64,000 bases of DNA, from positions 7,669,951 to 7,733,950 of the forward strand of contig NC_057729.1 of assembly GCF_004010195.1 (NCBI RefSeq), given 5' to 3'. A model generated the notes under the pieces. It did not search any database. It was not told where the DNA came from and worked only from the letters and a program-made list of their open reading frames with translations. This stretch comes from Chiloscyllium plagiosum (Eukaryota). This document shows, in pieces, positions 52,972-64,000 of the stretch (the first letter of the stretch is position 1; every line of letters begins with the position of its first letter). The translations under genes and the position numbers were made by a program.

Positions 52972-53275
52972 ATGGGGCACACGGTGGCTCAGTGGTTCAC
53001 ACTGCTGCCTCACAGTACCAGGGATCTGGGTTCAATTACAAATTTGGGTGAAGGTTTGTCTAGAGTTTGCACATTCTCTCCATATCTGCATGGGTTTCCT
53101 TCGGGAGCTCCGTTTTCCTCCCACAATCCAAAGATGTGCAGGTTAGGTGGATTAGCCATGGGTAGTGCAGGGTCATAGGGCAGCAGGGGTGAGTCCAGAT
53201 GGAATGCTCTTCAGAGAGTCTGTGTGGGCTTGTTGGGCTGAATGGCCTTTTTTCATACTGTAGGAATTCGATGGA
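52972..53275 (+). mobile_element. HE1 V-SINE
   Basis: 'cacggtggctcagtggtt...gggttcaatt', plus V-domain. Confidence 0.9.
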
Positions 53276-54404
53276 TCTATGATAAATATGGGTGTCAGAA
53301 ACCAGATACGATCTATTCTCTTGATCAGGATGCGTTTAAAAGTTGAGAGGGAAACCTCTATGTTGCATTCTCTCAGTCATTTAAAAATGTCAATATCCAA
53401 TTAATTGAGTTTATACTAGGTGAATGCAGTTGCAACAACTCTCAAGAAGTTCAACACCATCCAGAGCAATGCAAGCCACTTACTTGTGACCCCATCCACC
53501 AACTCCATCAGATAAACATTGAGACAATGGAATTCTTCATAATTGAGGAACTAATGTGCGCACACCTTCATTGGAACATGTATTCAGCCTTGACTTATTG
53601 TACAACTGGGAATCCCGGTATTTTGTCAATCCTTTCACAAGATGTGGACATCACTGGCTAGACCAAAATTTATCATGCACCTTTGTGGGATCAGCAAATG
53701 TGGACTAAATTACAAGAGCTTTCAATTCTGTTTAATAGGAATGCTTTGTGAAACAAGCACAAGGCAAGACGGTGAGTTAAGGGAATAGACAAATCACTCA
53801 TCCAAGACTTGAGGGTCTGAAACATGTTGTTTCATCAATTTTTACAGTAACAAATTAATTGCAAGAGCTTCAATGAACCATTTAATAATGGTAGCAGAAT
53901 AATTGTGTGTCTTTGGGAGGATAGAAGTGTCTCCAAGTATATCTGAAGTCCGCATTGCGTGTATTTTAATTATTGTAATTTTATGCTCGTGTTCACAGAA
54001 TATAGAGATCAAAGATGGAATTGGTGTAAATGTTTTGAGTAACTCACCGTTTGCTGTAGACATTTTGGAATTGCAAAGTGTGGTACCTGATTTCTTATAA
54101 TGAACTCAATAACAAAAAAACTATCACATTGTATGGTTTAACTGAGTATGTATTTTAAATTATGTAACGTAAGTGTGCTAAAGATGAATATCTGATTCCG
54201 TAGATGTCACAACTATAATTAATGTATGAAACAAAATAGAACAGGAAAGCTTTCCATTTACAAGTTCAATCAGAACTGCATAATAGGATAATTGTTGAGC
54301 AAGTCATTGGATTATTGGAAATGCATTTCAGGTCCCTGGACAGATGTGGGAATTTGTATGTACCAACTAGTTTATCATGAATGATTGCCGATTGCTGTAC
54401 CATG

Positions 54405-54538
54405 AACCACAACCACCTGATGAGGAAGCAGCATTCCGAAAGCCAGTGCTTCCAAATGAACCTGTTGGACTATAACCTGATGTTGTGTGATTTTTAACTT
54501 TGTACACCCCAGTCCAACACTGGCACCTCCAAATCATG
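54405..54538 (+). mobile_element. PLE family B terminus with hammerhead motif (further inverted pieces at about 54850-55000)
   Basis: cacCTGATGAggaagcagcattccGAAAgccaGTG; downstream sequence matches 44310-44405. Confidence 0.8.
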
Positions 54539-57124
54539 AACAACATGGAACTGCAAAAAGAATTTTAACTGAAGAAGCAGAAAGATGCCGACTGAACGGC
54601 ATCCTTTGATGAGGAGGAAGAGACAGAAGACAAAAAGTAAAGCCAGAAACGGACATGATAGCTGTAGCCTCTTCACCTGGATTTGTCAGAGAAGGGCATA
54701 ATGACTCAACAGGAATGCTTCAGATGACCTGATTGTGTGACCAATATGACACTCCTGTGCAGAAATGTGTGGGCAAGGCAACTCATGCCCACAATCATAA
54801 ATCTCTCCATTCTTTGCACCAATTCTACTCTGATTGTACCATTCATTTTGGATGTGGCAGTGCCGGTGTTGGACTGGGGTGAACAAAGTTAAAAATCACA
54901 CAAAACCAGGTTATAGTCCAACAGGCTTATTTGGAAGTAGCTGATGAAGGAGCTATCTGATGCGGGTTCACCTGGTGTTGTGTGATTTCTAACTTTATTC
55001 TTTTGGATATTAGTGTCCAGTTGAATTTAGGGACGCAAAAATGACTTGGCAGAACAATGGACAGTTCAGCCAAAATAATTAATCTAAGAGTTCGTATGAT
55101 AATGCTGAAAGAGTTCAAAGTTCATGTTGTACAGATAAATAGAAGTTCATGTTGTACAGATAAATAGAACTAAATAACCAAATACATATTTATATTTTTA
55201 TTCTGTAGCCTAGCTTTTAACTTTTGCTCAAAGGCAGTAATGAACCCCAGCAACCTGCAGAGGAGGAAGCACTGGAGTCTTGGCATTTCTGAATATTGCA
55301 GATTATGAGTTCAAGGTCTCCCAACTACTTAAAAATGGAAACATCTGCCGGTGCCCCACAGGTCTGAATTTCCGTTCACAATTCAGGAGCGTAGTGTTGG
55401 AAAAGTTCCCAACTCCTCCAACTCAACTCAGGGAAGGTTATCCAGATGGCCTTGATTTGGTTCCAGGATGGGGAAGGAGTGATTGCCCTTTAGTGGCATC
55501 AATAGGGGTTGTTGGGTGGGGGTGCAGGCCATGGAAAAGACCAGCTCCAGGTCTTTCTGGCAGGTTTTATTAATTGGAGCAGACAGCCCTCCAGCCCTTA
55601 TCACCACCCATCCCCTGCCCTCCCACAAATTCTCTATCCTTGTCATCCCAAGCCAACCCTCATCAACTCAGGAATTGTTTCTCATACATTCCATGCTCAG
55701 CTATGCCCTTCTATCTACATTCCATGGCCCATAATAACCCCCATTTCTACCTAGAAACAATGCATGCCAACAAATGCCCTCCCATCAATTCTTGCCCTTA
55801 TACTCCCCATGCCAACTTACCCACTATTACCATAGAAATACCTCAGTACCCATGCTGAGATGAAATAAAATAACATTCTTAAATGTCTGTTGAGGGATTA
55901 ATTATTTTACTTACTTAATTCATTATTCTTAAATTGATAAAACTCATTCAATACTGTTAACTTTGGTAAATCCTTCATAGAAACAGATACTTATGTTAAT
56001 AGTTCCAATTCAAAGGCTTTGTAAACACACAGCTGTAATTTAAATAGTAAACTGATCTGCACTCAATTGTGATAATGATATGTTATGTAATCACTCATGC
56101 ATCATGAATACTATAATGATAATGCTGAGGTTAATATCAGCAGTCAAAGTGAAATAGTAAACAGAGATTTGTTTTTAAGCATTGCAGCATCTCAACAACA
56201 TTAAATAGCTCAACACATCCAATGGGCTTCATATTTCTCCTGACAGCTTAACAGTTCCACTGAGTTTGGCAATTTGAAAGAGTTTATCTGCATTATGTGT
56301 GCAGCAATTGTGTCTATGTGTGCCAATACCAAAGTACATCTTACCTCGCCCAAATATATCCATGCTCCTATCCAATCTACCATTCTATGTAACTCTGGCA
56401 GAATTTCCCTGCTAAACAGGAAGATTCCCACAAGTCACATTGCCATCATGAAAAAGGTGGGTCTGTATATGCTGTACTTCAACATGTGCAGCTGACTCTG
56501 TAAACCATAGATGTGCAAAGTAGAACCACCCTTCTTACCATCCTCAAGGAATATGGTGGATAACAGGTTTGGAGCCAGGGCATCCAAAATCAGAGCTCCA
56601 ATGCCTATTTGGCTAATACAAATATTTTCTCTCTCATTATAAAACGTAAGGCCATTTTTTTCTTAGTTTTGTTCTGCAGCATCAACTTCATTTTTCTTCT
56701 TACATCCCCAGAATAAGGCTGGAATCTCTATTCTTTTAATTCACATACATAAGTCTTAAAAAGCACTACTCACTGTGCCACATCTGACATTTGCTTAAGG
56801 TTCACTAACACATGGCTTTACACTGTGTAATCTTTCCAAATTTATCAGATTGTTAACTGCAGTGGGGCAGCTCAATTACTTTCTCTGCATTTGATGAAAC
56901 ATTAGTCTGTCAAACTGTTGTTCTGTAGTTGCGTGACAACAAATCTTTATGTTTGGTCTTTGGAAAAGTACCCTGTATAAGGACATATCACCATTATTGT
57001 TTCACTATATGCAGGGTTTTTTGGAATTGAAGTTCAAAATGAGAAAAAGATTAATTTTACTGAGGTAATATATGACTTGGCCCAAGTGGACTTAAAGATC
57101 AACCTGAGTCAAATAAGAGAGATG

Positions 57125-57410
57125 ATGTGGAGGATCTGGAATTAGACTGGGGTGGACAAAGTTAAACATCACACAGCACCAGGTTATAGTCCAACAGGTT
57201 TCTTTGAAAGCGCTAGTTTTCTGAGTGCTGCTCCTTTATCAGGTCACAGTGGAACAGGATCATAAGACACAGAATTTATAGCAAAAAAATATAAATTCTG
57301 TATATTATGATCCTGTTCCACAGTGAACTGGTGAAGGAGCAATGCTCCAAAAGTTTGTGCTTCCAAATAAACCTGTTGGATGATGACCTGGTGCTTAGTG
57401 ATTTTTAACA
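57125..57410. mobile_element. Fold-back PLE family B pair
   Basis: Arms of about 120 bp around a 9-nt loop near 57281-57289. Confidence 0.85.
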
Positions 57411-57727
57411 AAAAGGAGGGAGGCATTCAATGTGGAACTAATGAGGGAACAGGGCAAATATGTCCCTTGAAAGATAAAGAGTGAGACCAAGCCGAAAGGA
57501 CCTTGGATGTCAAGAGACACAGTGATTATGGTCAAACAAATGAGGGGTTTGTGATAGATAGCAAGGGCAAAGTATTTAGAAGAGTATGAAAAAGTTCAGG
57601 GGAAACTTAAAAGGAAATTAAGAAAACAAAGACAGCGCATAAGAAAACACATGATGAGTGAAATAAATGAATGAAGGAAACCTACAATTTCTTTTAAATG
57701 TAGGAGGCATGATCAAAAATTTCACAA

Positions 57728-58967
57728 ATGAGGATAGCAAATGTGGTTCCCTTGTTCAAGAAGGGGAGTAGGGATAACCCTAGTAACTATAGGCCGGTGA
57801 GTCTCACTTCTGTTGTGGGCAAAGTCTTAGAGAGAATTGTAAGGGATAGGATTTATGAACATCTGGATAGGAATAAGGTGATTAAGGATAGTCAGCATGG
57901 TTTTNNNNNNNNNNNNNNNNNNNNNNNNNNNNNNNNNNNNNNNNNNNNNNNNNNNNNNNNNNNNNNNNNNNNNNNNNNNNNNNNNNNNNNNNNNNNNNNN
58001 NNNNNNNNNNNNNNNNNNNNNNNNNNNNNNNNNNNNNNNNNNNNNNNNNNNNNNNNNNNNNNNNNNNNNNNNNNNNNNNNNNNNNNNNNNNNNNNNNNNN
58101 NNNNNNNNNNNNNNNNNNNNNNNNNNNNNNNNNNNNNNNNNNNNNNNNNNNNNNNNNNNNNNNNNNNNNNNNNNNNNNNNNNNNNNNNNNNNNNNNNNNN
58201 NNNNNNNNNNNNNNNNNNNNNNNNNNNNNNNNNNNNNNNNNNNNNNNNNNNNNNNNNNNGGGTACTTGGTAGTGTGGATGAGCAGAGGGATCTTGGTGTC
58301 CATGTATACAGATCTTTGAAAGTTGCCACCCAGGTAAATAGTGCGGTGAAGAAGGCATATGGCGTACTGGCTTTTATTGGTAGAGGAATTGAGTTCCGGA
58401 GTCCTGAGGTCATGTTGCAGTTGTATAAGACTCTTTTGCGGCCGCATCTGGAGGAGTATCTGCAGTTTTGGTCGCCATACTATAGGAAGGATGTGGAGGC
58501 ACTGGAACGGGTGCAGAGGAGGTTTACCAGGATGTTGCCTGGTATGGTAGGAAGATCGTATGAGGAAAGGCTGAGGCACTTGGGGCTGTTTTCATTGGAG
58601 AAAAGAAGGTTTAGGGGTGACTTGATGGAGGTGTACAAGATGATTAGGGGTTTAGATAGTGTTGACCATGAGGACCTTTTTCCACGTATGGAGTCAGCTT
58701 TTACGAGGGGGCATAGCTTTAAATTAAGGGGTGGTAGGTATAGGACAGATGTTAGGGGTAGATTCTTTACTCAGCGAGTCGTGAGTTCATGGAATGCCCT
58801 TCCAGTAGTAGTGGTGGACTCTCCCTCTTTATGGGCATTTAAACGGGCATTGGATAGGCATATGGAGGATAGTGGGCTAGTGTAGGTTAGGTGGGCTTGG
58901 ATCGGCGCAACATCGAGGGCCAAAGGGCCTGTACTGCGCTGTATTTTTCTATGTTCTATGTTCTATG
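57728..58967 (+). mobile_element. Young 5'-truncated CR1/HER1 LINE, RT open on both sides of an assembly gap
   Basis: Reads RIANVVPLFKKGSRDNPSNYRPVSLTSVVGK...ALERVQRRFTRMLPG...; (TTCTATG)n tail. Confidence 0.96.
57905..58259. other. Assembly gap (355 N)
   Basis: Run of N. Confidence 1.
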
Positions 58968-58969
58968 TA

Positions 58970-60150
58970 AATGACACATTAATCACTAGGGTGGTAAATA
59001 CTGAAGATGATAGCTGTAAACTTGCAGAAAGATATCACTATACTGGTCATCTGATTAGATCAGTGGCAAATAGAATTCAGCCTGGAAAAGTGGGTGATAA
59101 TACATTTGGGGAGAATTAATGAGACAAGGGATTACACGATGAATGGTAGAATCCTGGAAAATACTAAAGGTCAGAAGAACCTTTGCTGATCATACCTTCA
59201 AATCCCTGAAGGAGGACGACAGGTAGATAAGGTGGTTTGGAAGGCATACGGGATACTTGATGTTTGAGAAGATTTATAACTCAGGTTGAGGTTCTGTTTG
59301 TAAGTTTGCTCGCTAAGCTGGAAAGTTCATTTTCAGACGTTTCGTCACCAGATTAGGTAACATAATCAGTGAGCCTCCGGTGGACCACTGGCATTAGTGA
59401 CCCACTTCCTACTTATGTGTTTGGGTTTCCTTGGGTTGATGATGTCATTTCCTGTGGTGAATAGGAAGTGGGTTACTAACTCCAGTGCTTCGTCAGAGGC
59501 TCACTGATGATATTACCTAGTATGGTGATGAAACATCTGCAAATGAACTTTCCAGCTCAGCGAGCAAACTTACATTCAATACTTGCCTTTATTAGGCAAG
59601 GCATATAAGAAAGAAGCGGTCATGCTGGTTAAGCCAGAATAGGAATACTGCATGCAATTCTGGTCCCTGCATTGTAAGAAGGATGTGATTGCACTAAAGA
59701 GAGTGCAGAAATTTACAAGGATGCTGCTGGGCAGGAGTTTCTGAGCTATGAAGAAAGATTGGATGGGCTGGGGTAGTTTTGTTAGAGCACTGAAGTTTGG
59801 GAAGACATTGGATAGAAGTCAATAAGATTATGAGGCATAGATAGAGTGGATAGGAAGACACATTTTCATGAGTAGTGGCATTAATATTCAGAGCACATAG
59901 ATTTAAGGGTAGAGATGAAAGGCTAAGTGGAACATTCAGGATGGTATTTTCACTGAGAGAGTAATGGGAGTCTAGAAATCACTGACTGAAAGGGTGGCAG
60001 AGTCAGCATTTAAGCGGTATTCACTTGTGCTGACATAATCTCTCAGACTATGGGCCAGAAGGTCGACAATGGGATTAGTGCAAGCAGAGCATCATTGACC
60101 ATGTATCCATAAAGGACAAAAAGGCTTCCTTCTGTGCTATAAACGTTTAT
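58970..60150 (+). mobile_element. Old CR1 LINE RT/3' region (upstream part at about 57430-57725)
   Basis: Reads QWQIEFSLEK..IHLGR and EYCMQFWSLHCKKDVIALKRVQ. Confidence 0.8.
59260..59578. mobile_element. Fold-back PLE family C pair, each arm with a hammerhead motif
   Basis: Arms 59300-59411 and 59462-59573; 7-bp TSD atacttg (59253-59259 / 59579-59585). Confidence 0.88.
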
Positions 60151-61919
60151 GGGTTTTCATTTTAAAAATATTGGCCCAGTGCAAAAAAAATTCTTGCACA
60201 ATTAATTTCTCTACAAAGTTGTTTTTATTTCCTTAGCTTCAATCAAGGGCAGGATATAATTGGTACTCATTCTTTGCATAAGGATTTTTGTCCCATTTAT
60301 TTATTGCCATTTACATGATAGTGTCTAGAAAGAGTTTTGTGCAGCACGGTTAGTGCAAGTCATACTGGTACTGTAGTTAGGTTCACTTCCCCAAATTATT
60401 ATTTCTGTCATGCACAACACTCCTCAAAAAAGCTTCTCTGTCACCTATTTAGCTGGTGCAAATTTCTGCAAATTAATACTATGCCCAACTTTTAAGCATT
60501 TTGCGTCCTTAAATTTACACCAATTAGTGAGGTATTTAGCAGGTTTTCTCCCCGACTGAGAAGCTTGCAATCTTGATAGTGAAGCAATGAACAACTCAAA
60601 ATAAATTTGTGGTGGCATTGTGTCCGAAGCTATGTACAAAAGCAGGCAAAGCGAGGATTTGTTTTACCCTAGCAATGGTGCTGAATAAACCGAAATTTGC
60701 ATTCAGCTCAAAAGCTATTTTTTCGGCAAAATATATTTGTGCTTCCTTACACCACTTTCCAAGCATTGTTTATGTTGATTCTGATTAAAAAGATGGATTA
60801 TAGATCCTTAATTCATTTGGCCATTTCCCCTATCCATCACACAGAGTCATGGAGACATACAGCACGAAAACAGAAACTTTGATCCAATTCATCTCCCAAT
60901 CTGACCTTGACCCATTTGGCCCATATCCCACTAAACCCTTCCTATTTGGGATTGAGAGACCAACTGGCCTGCTTCTGTTTTTTATTTTGAATATTCATGC
61001 ATTAATAACTTTGAAACCAAAACTGAGATGATTAGCTCCTCCCAGGAACAATGTTTGTGCTGTCAGCAAGTCACAATTCTGGCAGCTATTTATCTCTCTG
61101 GACATCTCAGTCCTAATGGTGCAGCTGTCCAGAATTTCTTTCCAACTGATCAAACTTAATTGACAATTTGGTCATTTCTGGGAGAAAGAATAGATCTTCA
61201 TATTATTAACACAACTTTTAGTTTTAGATCATTCTAACACAGTGCTTTTATAAATTATCATCTTTCTTTCTGCCAAATGGAATAGCTGATCTCTTCCTAA
61301 CAGCAATTTTTATTCCTCTTCACAAGAAATCTGAAAATCTTCCCTATCTCTGGCTGCTTGTTATTTCTGCATGTGCCTATGTGCTGATTGCTTTCCACCT
61401 TCAGCACTCATTTGTGCCTTCAGATCTATGTCTGTCCAACCCCATCCGCGTTTTTTAAAATTTCCTTCCTTTTGGTGCATCTGCCAGGTCAAGTGTTGTC
61501 AGGTCAAAGAAACCACAGTTTCATATTAGTCAAGAAAATTATAATTGATCTATTTCCAATTTATGCAAACATTTAAAAATTCCTTTCGAGTATTCCCAAA
61601 CCAATTACAGATTGCACCGGCATTCTAAAGAAATTGTAAGCTTTCTTTACTGTACTGCTGTGAGTCAATGGTCGCCAAAATGTAAATTCATCACCTTTGA
61701 GCAGGCAATTAGAAACCAGGTTTATGTTGCTGTCCCAGTGGAGATCATATTAACTTGCAATCAAGAATATTCAAACCAAATGCAATCTGTCAGGAGTTGC
61801 ATTTAATACTGCTTCAATACAAAGTCTGCATCTAAATATATTAAATGAGCTATAAGATGCATGCATGTCTTGCCTTCCAACATCAAATAGCATTTTTACT
61901 GGTCTGATGTCAGCTCTGA

Positions 61920-62748
61920 GGTTTCTCCTCAGACACTGAAGCACTCCATGTCCAAATGCAGTAAGACCTGGACATTGCCCAGGTGTGAGGTGTCGAGTGC
62001 CAAGTAACATTTGTGCCGTATGAATGCTAAGCAATGACTACCTCCAACAAGAGAGAATCTAAAACCATTCCTTGACAGTTAAAGGTATTAATATTAATCC
62101 TCTAATATTAACATAATAAAGGTTACAATTCACCAGAAACTGAACTGGACTCACCATATAAATAGAATGGCTGCAAGAGCAAGTCAGAGGCTAGGAATAG
62201 TGCAACAAGTAATTAGCCTCCTGTCTCCACAAAGCCTGTTCACAACCTACAAGGCAAAATTCAGCAGTGTGATGGGATACACTCCACTTGCCTGAATGAA
62301 TCAGCTCCAACAACACTCAAGAACCTTGAAGTTATCCAGGACAAAGCAACCCAAATGATTGGCACCACATCCACAGACATCCACTCTCACGTACCATTGA
62401 CACTTAGAAGCTGCAGATTGTACCATTTACACAATGCGTCTTCAGAAAACCATCAAGCCTCCTTGGACAGCACCCACCAAATCCATGATCACCTCCATCG
62501 AGAAGGACAAGGTTAGCAGATATATGGGAATGCGATTACCTGCACATTCCCTTCAAACCATTCATCATCCTGACTTGAAAATGTATCATTGTTCCTTCAG
62601 TGTTGCCACCCTAACAGTATTGTGGATTTATCTACAGTACATGCACTACAGCGTTTCACGAAGTTGATCAACTCCACTGTCTCAAGGGCATCTCGGAATG
62701 GACAATATATGCTCAACCACACCCACATCCCATGAACGATTTTAAAAA
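61920..62748 (+). mobile_element. Second LINE lineage (CR1-group, distinct from HER1): RT C-terminus and 3' UTR
   Basis: Reads VTIHQKLNWTHHINRMAARASQRLGIVQQVISLLSPQSLFTTYKAKFSSVMGYTPLA; tail 'caagggcatctcggaatggacaata..cccacatcccatgaa'. Confidence 0.8.
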
Positions 62749-63654
62749 GCTGTAAATGTATTGTGTGATAATCAAAACCAACTCCAATTACGTGAACATT
62801 TGATTTGAAGTTATGACTGAAGTAGAGAACCTTGAGTCACATGTACTTGATCACTTAATACATGGCAACTTCATATCTGAAGCAAACATCAGGCAAGACA
62901 GGCTTAGCAAACAATTATCTAAGCCAAATTGCCTTTATATAACAATGTTATTATCCTTTCATATGTGTGAAAATTGCTTCTGTTCAACAATTTATAATAA
63001 AATCTTTATGAAACAGAAAAGCAATATAAAGTGGAAATATAAGTTCAGGTAATGGTGGTTTGAAAACTGTGTGGCACAATTTGGACAACATTGCACTTTG
63101 ATCATTATAATAACCAATATCCTGCTTCAAATTTTATCGAAAGAATATCCAGTTGGTATTGTTTCTCATGTCTCAGGCATTATTGCTGCCTGCTTAAAGC
63201 ATGGACTGGATCATTTACTTATGTAATGCCAGGGAAGTTGGATAGCAATGAATAGAACAAAGATAGTTGTTCACCAATCACCAAACACTTTCTGAAGGAT
63301 GGTCAGTGGACTTGAAGTGTTAACTCTGTTTTTGTCTCCCTTTGCTGAGTTTCTGCAGCAATTCCAGTTTTGTTTGATCATTGAAGATTTCTCTCTATGA
63401 TAATTAGTGAAACTTCCAGTTCTGTTGTGCCAAACCTACCTCATGAAGCTCCGACCACACTGCTGTGGGAACTTCTCATCCAATGCTAGCCCAATTTTAC
63501 CTCTCTCCTTCATGAGAAGAACTCACCATTGCCAGGATGTCCCAGAATAGGCAGCACTAGTGCCATATTTATAAGTCCATTGTTCACTTAGGCAGGCATC
63601 ATCAGACCAGAGCTGCCCTACATGATTCATGATTTTTGCCACACAATTGGACAA

Positions 63655-63867
63655 TTGGCACCTCCCACTCTGACAAGCACTTGGAGGTCTTACTGGACAG
63701 GGTGGTGAAGAGGATAGTTGACCTCTTTTTACGGGATTGGCAAAACACAGATCCTACCAGCCCTGGTCCAATATTGTCACTGGTTCAATAAGGTGCCTGA
63801 GGTCTGTAGAAATTCCCAACAGTGTAAGAAGAAGATGAATGGTCCTCTCCACTCCACCAGGATAAGT
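63655..63867 (+). pseudogene. Decayed Myb/SANT-like exon of a PIF/Harbinger transposon
   Basis: Reads HSDKHLEVLLDRVVKRIVDLFLRD...ILPA/WSNI...RNSQQCKKKMN..HSTR, followed by a mutated donor ataagt. Confidence 0.72.
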
Positions 63868-64000
63868 GTCATGCTTTCTCTGTTACTCTCATTCACTCTG
63901 TGCAGCTACTGCACCCACCTCCCACAATCTAAGACTCTAACTATGAGATATAATATCCCATCACATTCAATCTCACCCACTCAGTCTCCTAGCTACTAAC

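Noticed and set aside
55118-55169. About 26-bp tandem duplication (aagttcatgttgtacagataaatag twice)
   Set aside because: An ordinary local slippage duplication.
57827-58579. Long ORFs spanning the N run
   Set aside because: Artefacts of translating through the gap, or antisense to the CR1 RT.

Overview
Repeat-dense, non-coding vertebrate DNA, almost certainly from a cartilaginous fish (shark). It carries HE1-type V-SINEs, HER1/CR1 LINEs and SacSINE1-like DeuSINEs; these family names are from recognition, not a database search. I recognise no host protein-coding gene, so the window looks intronic or intergenic, with a few repeat-free AT-rich islands that may be conserved enhancers. Almost every ORF with recognisable homology is a decayed transposon fragment: CR1 esterase/endonuclease/RT, Penelope GIY-YIG, RTE, Rex1/Babar and PIF/Harbinger Myb/SANT. 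The most notable structures are: (1) four distinct Penelope-like element (PLE) families whose termini carry minimal hammerhead-ribozyme motifs and which often sit as fold-back pairs; (2) a PLE insertion whose 15-bp target-site duplication (TSD) also encloses four units of a nearby 21-bp minisatellite; (3) a non-coding, tRNA-less element family sharing a Rex1/Babar 3' tail, one copy hosting that minisatellite; (4) a 177-bp duplication around a SINE tail; (5) a 95-bp inverted duplication at a LINE end; (6) three decayed Harbinger Myb/SANT genes. There is an assembly gap at 57905-58259. Boundaries of old repeats are approximate, to tens of bp.
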